A DNA stretch of 64,000 bases, from the IMG/VR virus record IMGVR_UViG_3300028196_000006, positions 1 to 64,000 of that record. One strand, written 5' to 3'. The notes under the pieces were generated by a model, which made no database searches, had not been told where the DNA came from, and was given only the letters and a program-made list of their open reading frames with translations. This document shows positions 20,083-28,811 of the stretch, in pieces. Source of the stretch: a virus. The stretch's first letter is position 1. Every line of letters starts with the position of its first letter. Made by a program: the position numbers and the translations under genes.

Positions 20083-21045
20083 ATGGCTAGTTTAAAATCA
20101 TTACTTGGAACAAAACAGGACGCATTCGTCTCGGTTGAGGAATCTAATTTAGAGAAAGGACGTATTTACGTTTATACTCCTGGAACTAACTATTCTAGAT
20201 TATGGTGCGGATTTTGTTTCCACCCAGAAGTGGCAGGTACTGCCATAATAGAAATTTGGGGAGCAGGTGGATCGGGTGGTGAGATGTGCTGTTGTGGTTT
20301 TGGTTTACCAGGCAATGCAGGTGCATATGTCAAAAAACAAATTTCAATGTCTCCAGGAGATTATATATGTGGATGTGCAGGACTAAGTTGTGGTAACTCG
20401 GGTTCTTTATGTTTTAGAGGTTGTTCAGAAGCCTCTCATGCAAGATTTTGTATAGCAAGTTCAGAGACTTGTGCTTGTGCAGAAGGTGGAAAGGGTGGAG
20501 TAACTTATTGTTCTACTAACTCATCTTTTTATTGTTGTTACAGAGCAAATGGCTTTTGTGTAACAAGAACAGACAACGACAACTGCGGTATTATTTGTAA
20601 CCAATGTGATGGTTCATGGTGTGCTCAAGCATTCGGTGGACAAGAAAATAAATGTGGAAGAATTTCATGTGTATCAGCATTTGGCTGTTATCCATCATGT
20701 ATTTGTATGTTCCATCATCATATACCTACTCCAGCAGGAATGGGTTCTAAAGAAGGTAGAATGATCACTTACACTAATGATGACGGTAGCGGAGTATCAA
20801 ACTGGTCAGGTCAAGGACACTATCACCACTTGGCAAACATGGGTTCAGGCAGATTTCCAACAGGCGGTGTGCCTTGGGCAAGTTGTTGGGACGGTGGTCT
20901 TGCTTGTGGTTGTTATGAGAATGATGGTTGTATACCTCAGATGCCGATTGGTACAGGAGGAAGAGGACCTAACCCATGTCCGGGAGTTAGAGATCACGCA
21001 ATCAGAGGTGGACACGGAGGAGTACGAATTAAATTCGTAAGTTAA
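20083..21045 (+). CDS. Cys-rich, Gly-rich-domain protein 1 (putative fibre tip/adhesin)
   Basis: IEIWGAGGSG, MCCCG, C-terminal RGGHGGVRIKF; 31 Cys in 320 aa by hand count. Confidence 0.65.
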   Translation: MASLKSLLGTKQDAFVSVEESNLEKGRIYVYTPGTNYSRLWCGFCFHPEVAGTAIIEIWGAGGSGGEMCCCGFGLPGNAGAYVKKQISMSPGDYICGCAGLSCGNSGSLCFRGCSEASHARFCIASSETCACAEGGKGGVTYCSTNSSFYCCYRANGFCVTRTDNDNCGIICNQCDGSWCAQAFGGQENKCGRISCVSAFGCYPSCICMFHHHIPTPAGMGSKEGRMITYTNDDGSGVSNWSGQGHYHHLANMGSGRFPTGGVPWASCWDGGLACGCYENDGCIPQMPIGTGGRGPNPCPGVRDHAIRGGHGGVRIKFVS

Positions 21046-21049
21046 TTTT

Positions 21050-22066
21050 ATGGCTAGTCTAACAACATTACTTCAATCCAAATATGATTTTTCAGTAGGA
21101 AATGAAACTAACCTTGAAAAAGGTAGAATTTATCAATATTATCCAGGTACATCAAGAGGCACAAACTTTAGATGTCACATATGTTTTATAGCACCATCAG
21201 ACGGTACTGCCACAATAGAAGTTTGGGGAGCAGGTGGATCAGGTGCAAAAATGTGTTGTTGCGGTGGAGGAATTCCAGGTAACCCAGGTGCATATTCTAA
21301 GAAAACAATTACAATGGCAGATGGTTGTTACATTTGTGCAATTATCGGTATGTCATGTGGTAACTCAGACACACTATGTTTTAGAGGTTGTTCTGAACCA
21401 ACTCAGGTATGTTGGTTTGGTAATGGCGGATCAGACGGATGTGTATGTGCTCAGGGTGGAATTGGTGGAGCAAGTTGGTGTTCAACTGGTAACTCAATTT
21501 ACTGTTGTGCAGTAGCGTCGGGTTTCTGCAATACACAAGGCGGTGACTCATATTGTGGTATCATTTGTAACTTTATGGATTCAGCGGCTTGTCCTCAATT
21601 TTGTGCTTTTGCATACGGTGGAGATGTAAACTGTTATGGTGGATTTAGTTGTCATTACTTTAGAGGATGTCAACCAAACTGTAACTGTAGACAAGTTCCA
21701 GTTAATAGATTCCCTCCAGGAATGATTTCAACATTGGGTGGTGAAGTACACTACACAATGGATTCAGACAACGGAAGATCACAATGGTCAGGAATGGGCG
21801 GATGGATGAATGCTTCACATGGTTTCAATTTAGCAACACGTAATCCTACAACAGGCGGTCCTTACACTGGTTGTTGGGAAGGTAACAGATCGTGTGGTTG
21901 TTATGAACAACAAGGTTGTAACACTTTCTATCCAGCAGGTATTGGTGGACAAGGTCCAACACCTTGTGATGGTGTTAGAGATCACGCTCACAGAGGCGGA
22001 CATGGATTAGTTAGAATTAAGTTTGTATCAACAACCGACGATTACGAAATAGACTCAACTCCATAG
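21050..22066 (+). CDS. Cys-rich, Gly-rich-domain protein 2
   Basis: Collinear paralog; 31 Cys in 338 aa by hand count. Confidence 0.65.
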   Translation: MASLTTLLQSKYDFSVGNETNLEKGRIYQYYPGTSRGTNFRCHICFIAPSDGTATIEVWGAGGSGAKMCCCGGGIPGNPGAYSKKTITMADGCYICAIIGMSCGNSDTLCFRGCSEPTQVCWFGNGGSDGCVCAQGGIGGASWCSTGNSIYCCAVASGFCNTQGGDSYCGIICNFMDSAACPQFCAFAYGGDVNCYGGFSCHYFRGCQPNCNCRQVPVNRFPPGMISTLGGEVHYTMDSDNGRSQWSGMGGWMNASHGFNLATRNPTTGGPYTGCWEGNRSCGCYEQQGCNTFYPAGIGGQGPTPCDGVRDHAHRGGHGLVRIKFVSTTDDYEIDSTP

Positions 22067-22093
22067 GTTAACAAATAGAGGTAAATAAAGTAT

Positions 22094-23068
22094 ATGGCAA
22101 GTTTAAAAGGATTATTAACTACTAGAAACCCAGCAGAGATGATTGAAAACAATCTCGAAACTGGTTACATTTATTCTTATACTTCAGGTACAAATTACAC
22201 AAAATTTTGCAATGGTATTTGTTGGACAGCAAACGTTGATGGCACAGCCGAAATAGAAGTTTGGGGTGCAGGCGGATCAGGTGCAAGAATGTGCTGTTGT
22301 GGAGACGGATTACCAGGTAACGCAGGTGCATATGTGAAAAAGTCAATCACAGTAGCGGCAGGCGACACAATGACAGGTCAAACAGGACACAGTTGTTATG
22401 CTCATGATTTATGTTTTTCAGGATGTTCAGAACAATCAGAAGTTTGTTGGATCACAGCCGCAAACGGTAATGGCTGTATATGTTCAAGAGGTGGATTTGG
22501 TGGGAAATCTATGTGTACAACAGGATCATCATTATTTTGTTGTTTTAGAGCACAAGGTTTCTGTTACACAAAATGCAACAACAACGACTGCGGAACAATA
22601 TGTAACGTGTGTAATGGACAATGGTGTTCATTAGGATACGGTGGAGATACAGGCAAAAACTGTTGCGGACAGTTTTCATGTGCTAGTTTCTTTGGATGTT
22701 GTCCACATTGTAAGTGTCAGTTTCAACAACACGTGGCTACACCAGCAGGATTATTTTCAGAAGACGGTGCATTGATCACGTTCCAAAAAGAATCAGATGG
22801 AACTCCAATGTCACAATGGTCAGGAAACCAATTATTTCAGTGGTATGCGGCACTTAACTTGGCAACAAAAACACCAAGACAAGGTACTCCGGATGCACAC
22901 TGTTGGAGATCAACAAGATCTTGCGGATGTTACGAGATGCAAGGTTGTAACAATTATCTACCTGTGGGAGCAGGTGGGCTATCACCTAACCCATGTCCAG
23001 ACGTAAGGGATCATGGAATAAGAGGTGGATTTGGTGGAGTAAGAATCAAGTTTGTTCCGTCAAGTTAA
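22094..23068 (+). CDS. Cys-rich, Gly-rich-domain protein 3
   Basis: Collinear paralog; 32 Cys in 324 aa by hand count; own promoter GGTAAATA at 22080-22087. Confidence 0.65.
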   Translation: MASLKGLLTTRNPAEMIENNLETGYIYSYTSGTNYTKFCNGICWTANVDGTAEIEVWGAGGSGARMCCCGDGLPGNAGAYVKKSITVAAGDTMTGQTGHSCYAHDLCFSGCSEQSEVCWITAANGNGCICSRGGFGGKSMCTTGSSLFCCFRAQGFCYTKCNNNDCGTICNVCNGQWCSLGYGGDTGKNCCGQFSCASFFGCCPHCKCQFQQHVATPAGLFSEDGALITFQKESDGTPMSQWSGNQLFQWYAALNLATKTPRQGTPDAHCWRSTRSCGCYEMQGCNNYLPVGAGGLSPNPCPDVRDHGIRGGFGGVRIKFVPSS

Positions 23069-23107
23069 ACATAGTTTGATAAATAAAAGTATAACAGGAT
23101 AAAAACA

Positions 23108-23761
23108 ATGGCAATAGAAAAAGCATTTACAATAGCAGTACCAAATGAACCATACGTTAACGACTTCAGTGACGGTATAACACAAGCGGCAACGTACAAT
23201 GGTGATAGATATATTAAGTTTCAATACCATGCGACTACAGGATTTATTGCTGGAGTTATTGGAAATGGCGACACTGAAGAATTAATGGTTGCCAATGAAG
23301 GTCCTTTAATGGAAGGTCATCTTCCAGCAATTATAGATGCAGATGCGGATCCTTTACATGCGGCAATGATCACAGAATGGTACACTTCAGGAGAAAAAGC
23401 AAACTACTCAGAAGACTTAGGCACAACAGATGCTGACGGCAAAGCAGAAACTTGGGAACATCAGTGGAGCGATGAACAGATCCTGGCTCAGATTTGGAAG
23501 TTAGACACAATTAAATATGTGAACAACGCCATAGTGGATCCAGAATTTATGACACACGGTATGACTGCAGAACAATTTACAGACAGTATCACAAGTCAAA
23601 TAGCATCTTGTACAACAGAACTAGCAAGAGCGGATGTGTACACTGACGAAGAAGCGACAGCAATCACCGCACACAAAACTATGTTGGAAGGTATGTCAAC
23701 AAAGTATGATGGTGTATCGTTTTGGAAAATTCCTTTCCCAACACAACCAAACTTTAAGTAA
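23108..23761 (+). CDS. Hypothetical protein, possibly a fibre-assembly chaperone; paralog of 23810..24475
   Basis: PNEPYVxxFSxGIT...YxGDRYxKF shared with the next gene; C-terminal helices then WKxxxPxxP; late promoter GATAAATA at 23078-23085. Confidence 0.5.
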   Translation: MAIEKAFTIAVPNEPYVNDFSDGITQAATYNGDRYIKFQYHATTGFIAGVIGNGDTEELMVANEGPLMEGHLPAIIDADADPLHAAMITEWYTSGEKANYSEDLGTTDADGKAETWEHQWSDEQILAQIWKLDTIKYVNNAIVDPEFMTHGMTAEQFTDSITSQIASCTTELARADVYTDEEATAITAHKTMLEGMSTKYDGVSFWKIPFPTQPNFK

Positions 23762-23809
23762 TCACTTTTAGTCGTTACTCAGATTAACTAGCAATAAATA
23801 ATTCTAGTT

Positions 23810-24475
23810 ATGACAGACCAACGAGAAATCTTAAATCAATACAAGTTCGAAATGGAAATACCCAACGAACCGTATGTAGATAATTTCAGTCAAGGTATCA
23901 CACACACAGCATATTATGCCGGTGATAGATATTTAAAATTTGCTGTCAACGATGACACTGGAATAATTGGAGAATGTTTACATAGAGCACCAACTAAAGA
24001 ATTACTTGAAACAAGAATTTCTCATCTTGAACCAGGACATACTGCACTAATAATAGATGGTGCAAAAAATCCATGGGAAGCATCATATTTGACAAGAGTA
24101 TACAATCATGAACCAGTACCGTACTACCAAGAAGATGTAGGACAACTGGACGATGACGGGAATTCTATATCATGGGAATACAATTGGGGCCATGTGCTGA
24201 ATCAGATATATTATAATCAAGAATTAAAATACATCAACGGTGAATTTGTGAAGCCACGATTTAGGGTACATCAACACACCAACGAAAAAGTTCATCAAAC
24301 AGTGCTAGATCACATCGAAATGTGTGATAACGAATTGTCAAGATTAGTGTATAATGAATCCCAACGACAAGCCATTGAAAAATGTAAAGCAGGTTGGATC
24401 AACATAAGAGATAATTTTCAACACGTGCACCATTGGAAACTAAAATACCCAGACATGCCATTAATAAAACCATAG
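23810..24475 (+). CDS. Hypothetical protein, possibly a fibre-assembly chaperone; paralog of 23108..23761
   Basis: Shared motifs as above; late promoter AATAAATA at 23793-23800. Confidence 0.5.
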   Translation: MTDQREILNQYKFEMEIPNEPYVDNFSQGITHTAYYAGDRYLKFAVNDDTGIIGECLHRAPTKELLETRISHLEPGHTALIIDGAKNPWEASYLTRVYNHEPVPYYQEDVGQLDDDGNSISWEYNWGHVLNQIYYNQELKYINGEFVKPRFRVHQHTNEKVHQTVLDHIEMCDNELSRLVYNESQRQAIEKCKAGWINIRDNFQHVHHWKLKYPDMPLIKP

Positions 24476-24525
24476 AATCACTATTATAATCACATAAAAA
24501 ATTAATCTATAAATATTTGTATCAA

Positions 24526-25479
24526 ATGAGCACAGAACAAAAAAGACCTAAAGCATTTTTACTCAATGGCGGAATGGGTAGAATTATATCTGCTATACCT
24601 GCCTTAGAAAAATATCAAGAAGAAGGAAATGATCCAGATTTCATTATTGTGATCGAAGGTGTTTGTGATATTCTAAAAGGACATCCAACGTTGGATTCAA
24701 AAACATATGATATGTATCACAAAAATTTATTCCATACAAAGTTAGTTAACATGGATATTGTAAGTCCTGAACCATACAGAGTGCATGAATATTTCAATCA
24801 AAAATGTAATATTGCTCAAGCATTTGATGTGTTAATCAACAACAAAGGAATTAGAGACTTACCTAAATCAACACTGATATTAAGCAAAGAAGAATTACTT
24901 GCTGGAAAAAAAGCAATAGATGAAGTTAAAGAGAAATTAAAAAAAGAAAAAGTTGTAGTGATTCAACCTTTCGGAAGAGCAATACAACAGATAGACGGAT
25001 CGTTTGTTGATAAAACTAATAGAAGTATTGAGTTTTTTAATTTAAAGAGCATTATTAAAAAATTACAGGAGAAAGATTTTGCAGTTATGTTGATGAGTGA
25101 ATTTGGCATAGACTTTAAAGATGCTGGATTTCCAGATGAAGTAGCAATGCCAGAAAAAGTAGAATTAAGACAATGGGCGGCAATTATAAAATATGCTGAT
25201 CAGTTTTTAGGTTGCGATTCTTTAGGACAACATCTTGCTTACAGTTTAGATACACCAGCAAGTGTTGTGTTTGGTGCAACATATCCTGAAAACACTTCAT
25301 ATGCTAAATCAGAAAATCTTAAACACATAGATCTAGGTCAAATGACACGTGAATATGATCCAATAAGAATAACAATGGATGAAAGAATTAGTAGAAAACA
25401 AGAACAAATAATGGCAATGACACCTGAAATAGAAGACTATGTAGTTTCTGCAGTTAATGGTGAATCAATAGAGGACTAA
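24526..25479 (+). CDS. GT9-like (ADP-heptose:heptosyltransferase-like, GT-B) glycosyltransferase 1
   Basis: GGMGRIISAIPAL, VVIQPFG, LRQWAAII, FLGCDSLGQHLAYSLDTPASVVFGATYP (GT9 consensus GxDSGxxHLAxAxxxPxxxxFGxT). ATG 24526 preferred; TATAAATA at 24508-24515. Confidence 0.7.
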   Translation: MSTEQKRPKAFLLNGGMGRIISAIPALEKYQEEGNDPDFIIVIEGVCDILKGHPTLDSKTYDMYHKNLFHTKLVNMDIVSPEPYRVHEYFNQKCNIAQAFDVLINNKGIRDLPKSTLILSKEELLAGKKAIDEVKEKLKKEKVVVIQPFGRAIQQIDGSFVDKTNRSIEFFNLKSIIKKLQEKDFAVMLMSEFGIDFKDAGFPDEVAMPEKVELRQWAAIIKYADQFLGCDSLGQHLAYSLDTPASVVFGATYPENTSYAKSENLKHIDLGQMTREYDPIRITMDERISRKQEQIMAMTPEIEDYVVSAVNGESIED

Positions 25480-25481
25480 CA

Positions 25482-27311
25482 ATGGATGATATAGAAAAAT
25501 ACAATAAAACAGGATATATTGCCGCAATAGCCAGAGGGCATAATGCAGGTGTTTGTCTTTTAAAAGACGGTGAAGTGGTTTTTTCAATAGAGGAAGAACG
25601 TTTATCTAGAAGAAAATATGATGGTGGACCATATGCATCAATGGTAGAAATATTGAAGTATACAGATAAAATTGATTATCTAGTTGTTGCTCACACACAA
25701 AGTTTAGATGATAGATCAACAGGTAGAGTAGATTATTCAGGAGATGATGTTTACACAGGTATGGCAAGGAAATTAGGATTAATTGACAGATATGTGCAAG
25801 AACAAAAACATCCTCAAGTAATAGATTTATCACACATTCATCACAAATTACATGCCGCTTGTGCTTTTTATAGATCAGGATTTGACAAAGCAGTAGCAGT
25901 GATAGTTGACGGTGCTGGAACTTTTATTCCAGTTAAGAACAGTATCTCTGGTGAAACAACTGTGTTTGAAGTTGAAAGTATTTTCAGTTGTGATTATCCC
26001 AATGATATTTTCGCACTGTACAAACATTATGGTACGGGAGAAGCAAGTCCAGGAGCATTTTATCCAGACTTTGCTTCTGATTCCATAGGTGAACCTGGTA
26101 AGACACACCAAGCACTGTTCACAGACAAAGCAGGAATTGTAAAAGTTTACGAAGCAGTTACACAGTATTGTGGATTCTCGGCAATTGAAGCAGGCAAAAC
26201 AATGGGATTATTTCCATATGGTAAACCAAATGACATGGTTCCTAAACTTTTTAAGAAAGAAGGATACTATTCTTTATCAGATAGAAATTTTATTATACCA
26301 ACATATCCCAATGCCTCAATAGTTAACAGTGGACTTTATCCTTTCATCGATGAAAATCCTGCATCAGATAAAAAAGAAGATTGGACAACATTACAAAATA
26401 GAAGAGATCTAGCATACGCAGTTCAAAAAGAATCACAAAAAGAATGTTTGGATTTAATCTACAAAGCAGTACAACTGAGTGGTTGTAAAAACGTTGTATT
26501 TTCAGGAGGATACGGACTTAACTGTGTTGCCAATTATTATTATTTAGAACACTTAAAGAAAGACGGCATAAACTTTTATGCTGAGCCAGTTTCAAACGAT
26601 GCTGGAACGGCAATGGGTGCGGCAATGTTGTTTTATTACAGTCTTACACAGTCTAAAGAAAAGAAAGTAGACGAACCAACGTTATACCTTGGACCAAAAA
26701 GAACATATTCAGCAGAACAGATTGAAATAGCATGTAATCAAGAAGGTGTTGAACTTACAGATGCAACCAATGAAGAAGTTGTAAAAATTATTACTGACAA
26801 GAATATTGTTTCAGTGTTCCAAGGAGCCAGTGAAAACGGACCTAGAGCATTGGGTAATAGATCAATATTATACGATCCAAGAGATCCAGATGGTAAAGAT
26901 CATGTTAACAAAGTTAAACACAGAGAATACTTTAGACCTTTTGCTGGAACTATATTGCACGAATACGTGCATGAATGGTTTGATTTAAGAGGAATGGACG
27001 AAACACCTCACATGATGTATGCAGTAAATTGTCAACCAGGAATTGGAGAAAAAATACCTAGTATTATTCACGTTGACGGAACTTGTAGAATACAATCTGT
27101 AAAAAGAGAACAAAATCCGTTGTATTATGATTTAATAAAAGAGTTTCATAAACAAACAGAATGTCCTATAATTTTCAATACGTCATTTAATTTAGGCGGT
27201 GAACCATTAGTAGAAACATTGGATGATGCTGTAAGAACATTAGTAAACAGTGAAATAGAATACTTGTTTTTACCCGAATACGGAAAACTGATAAAGGTAG
27301 CAAACAAATGA
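25482..27311 (+). CDS. O-carbamoyltransferase, NodU/CmcH/TobZ family
   Basis: EEERLSRRK, HHKLHA, VDGAG, GKTMGL, GGYGLNCVAN, DAGTAMG, GPRALGNRSIL, REYFRPFA, HVDGTCRIQ, NTSFNLGGEP. Confidence 0.92.
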   Translation: MDDIEKYNKTGYIAAIARGHNAGVCLLKDGEVVFSIEEERLSRRKYDGGPYASMVEILKYTDKIDYLVVAHTQSLDDRSTGRVDYSGDDVYTGMARKLGLIDRYVQEQKHPQVIDLSHIHHKLHAACAFYRSGFDKAVAVIVDGAGTFIPVKNSISGETTVFEVESIFSCDYPNDIFALYKHYGTGEASPGAFYPDFASDSIGEPGKTHQALFTDKAGIVKVYEAVTQYCGFSAIEAGKTMGLFPYGKPNDMVPKLFKKEGYYSLSDRNFIIPTYPNASIVNSGLYPFIDENPASDKKEDWTTLQNRRDLAYAVQKESQKECLDLIYKAVQLSGCKNVVFSGGYGLNCVANYYYLEHLKKDGINFYAEPVSNDAGTAMGAAMLFYYSLTQSKEKKVDEPTLYLGPKRTYSAEQIEIACNQEGVELTDATNEEVVKIITDKNIVSVFQGASENGPRALGNRSILYDPRDPDGKDHVNKVKHREYFRPFAGTILHEYVHEWFDLRGMDETPHMMYAVNCQPGIGEKIPSIIHVDGTCRIQSVKREQNPLYYDLIKEFHKQTECPIIFNTSFNLGGEPLVETLDDAVRTLVNSEIEYLFLPEYGKLIKVANK

Positions 27312-28288
27312 GTAAAAAAACAGCAATATTTTTAAACGGCGGTGCTGGCAGAATGATCAGTTCTATTCCAGCAGTGGAAAAATACCTCGAAGAAAATCCT
27401 GAAAAAGATCCTATATTAGTTTGCGAAGGTGGAACTGATGCTTTTAAAGGTCATCCTAAACTGTATTTTAAAGCATACGACAGTTGGCACAAAAACCTAT
27501 TTCAAGAGTTGCTTAAAGATCGAGAATTAATTAGTCCTGAACCATACAGAATTTGGGAATATTATAATCAAAAATGTAGTCTTGCTCAAGCATACGATAT
27601 TGCCATCAACAACAAAGGCATTAGAGATTTACCCAAACCAACTATAAGATTAAGCAAAGAAGAATTACTTATGGCAAGAAAAATGATTGCTGAAGTAAAA
27701 GACAAAACAGGCAAAGACAAAATTGTTGTGGTCCAGCCATTTGGAAGAAGTGCTCATCCTGAAAATTTAACTGAAAAACAGATGAAAGAAGACAAACAGC
27801 CAGACATCGCAGATGTTACTGGTAGAAGTATAGAACTAAAAAATGTTTGGAGCATTGTAAGAAAACTATCTAAAAAGTATGGAGTTATGATGATGAGTGA
27901 ATTCCCATTGGAATTTAAAAAACACATGTCGTCTCCCGTGGCAACACCAATGAATGTACACATAAGAATATGGATGGCTGTCATAAAACAAGCAAATCAC
28001 TTTGTTGGTTGTGACTCGGTTGGACAACACATTGCATATGCATTCAACGGAACTTCCACAGTATTAATAGGTTCTACATATCCCGTAAACACATCATTTC
28101 CTGATTCAGATAATGTTGACATTATTGACCTTGGATTAGAAGATAGAGTATATTCGCCTATAAGAATCACTTCAGATGAGTTCAGTGACAGAACAAACGA
28201 AGGGATTATGGCTATGGATGATCAATCAGAAGACAAAGTTATCAAGTCTGTAGAAAAGATGCTTAAACACAGTAAAAACAAGCAGTAA
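27308..28288 (+). CDS. GT9-like glycosyltransferase 2; paralog of 24526..25479
   Basis: GGAGRMISSIPA, SPEPYR, VVVQPFGR, FVGCDSVGQHIAYA; ATGA overlap with the carbamoyltransferase. Confidence 0.7.
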   Translation: MSKKTAIFLNGGAGRMISSIPAVEKYLEENPEKDPILVCEGGTDAFKGHPKLYFKAYDSWHKNLFQELLKDRELISPEPYRIWEYYNQKCSLAQAYDIAINNKGIRDLPKPTIRLSKEELLMARKMIAEVKDKTGKDKIVVVQPFGRSAHPENLTEKQMKEDKQPDIADVTGRSIELKNVWSIVRKLSKKYGVMMMSEFPLEFKKHMSSPVATPMNVHIRIWMAVIKQANHFVGCDSVGQHIAYAFNGTSTVLIGSTYPVNTSFPDSDNVDIIDLGLEDRVYSPIRITSDEFSDRTNEGIMAMDDQSEDKVIKSVEKMLKHSKNKQ

Positions 28289-28357
28289 TACCCAAAATAC
28301 AGTAATAATACAATAGTTCTAGATTAGGTAAATACACTATAATAAGGATTATTCTAT

Positions 28358-28792
28358 ATGTTTGATGTATCAAGATTTTTTGGAAAAGGTGACAGAAATA
28401 CTCTGTTAATGAAGAACGGGTTAAACCTGTCTTACAATGGTCCATATTCAGTAGTTGAAGAAGGGTTGATTTTAGACCAATGGCATGTGAATACGTTCGC
28501 AACAGCAGAATACACAATCAGTGTGGATTACGACACAAACAATAAAGAAGTTTTAAAAGTGCTTGTATCAGCAAGTCCAAATCAAAGCAGTCTATCAATA
28601 TATGGTAGATCAAATCTAGGCAATAAATTAATCAAGATCGATAGTGAAGTTAACAATTCATATGTTAGAATCAAAATAAATCCAGAAGATAAAAGTGCCA
28701 CAGAGAAATATACTGGTTCTAAAATTATTTTTGGTGCAACATATTTTGCTACACTGAATGCTTTAGTTGGAGGCTCACAAGTAACAGAATAA
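28358..28792 (+). CDS. Hypothetical virion protein, 144 aa
   Basis: Late promoter GGTAAATA at 28327-28334; beta-rich; structural-gene context. Confidence 0.5.
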   Translation: MFDVSRFFGKGDRNTLLMKNGLNLSYNGPYSVVEEGLILDQWHVNTFATAEYTISVDYDTNNKEVLKVLVSASPNQSSLSIYGRSNLGNKLIKIDSEVNNSYVRIKINPEDKSATEKYTGSKIIFGATYFATLNALVGGSQVTE

Positions 28793-28811
28793 TAAACATG
28801 GATATAGCACA

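Noticed and set aside
20083-23068. Selenocysteine, stop-codon reassignment or frameshift fusion in the Cys-rich cassette
   Set aside because: There are no in-frame stops, each gene has its own start, and TAA, TAG and TGA all end genes at sensible positions in this window.
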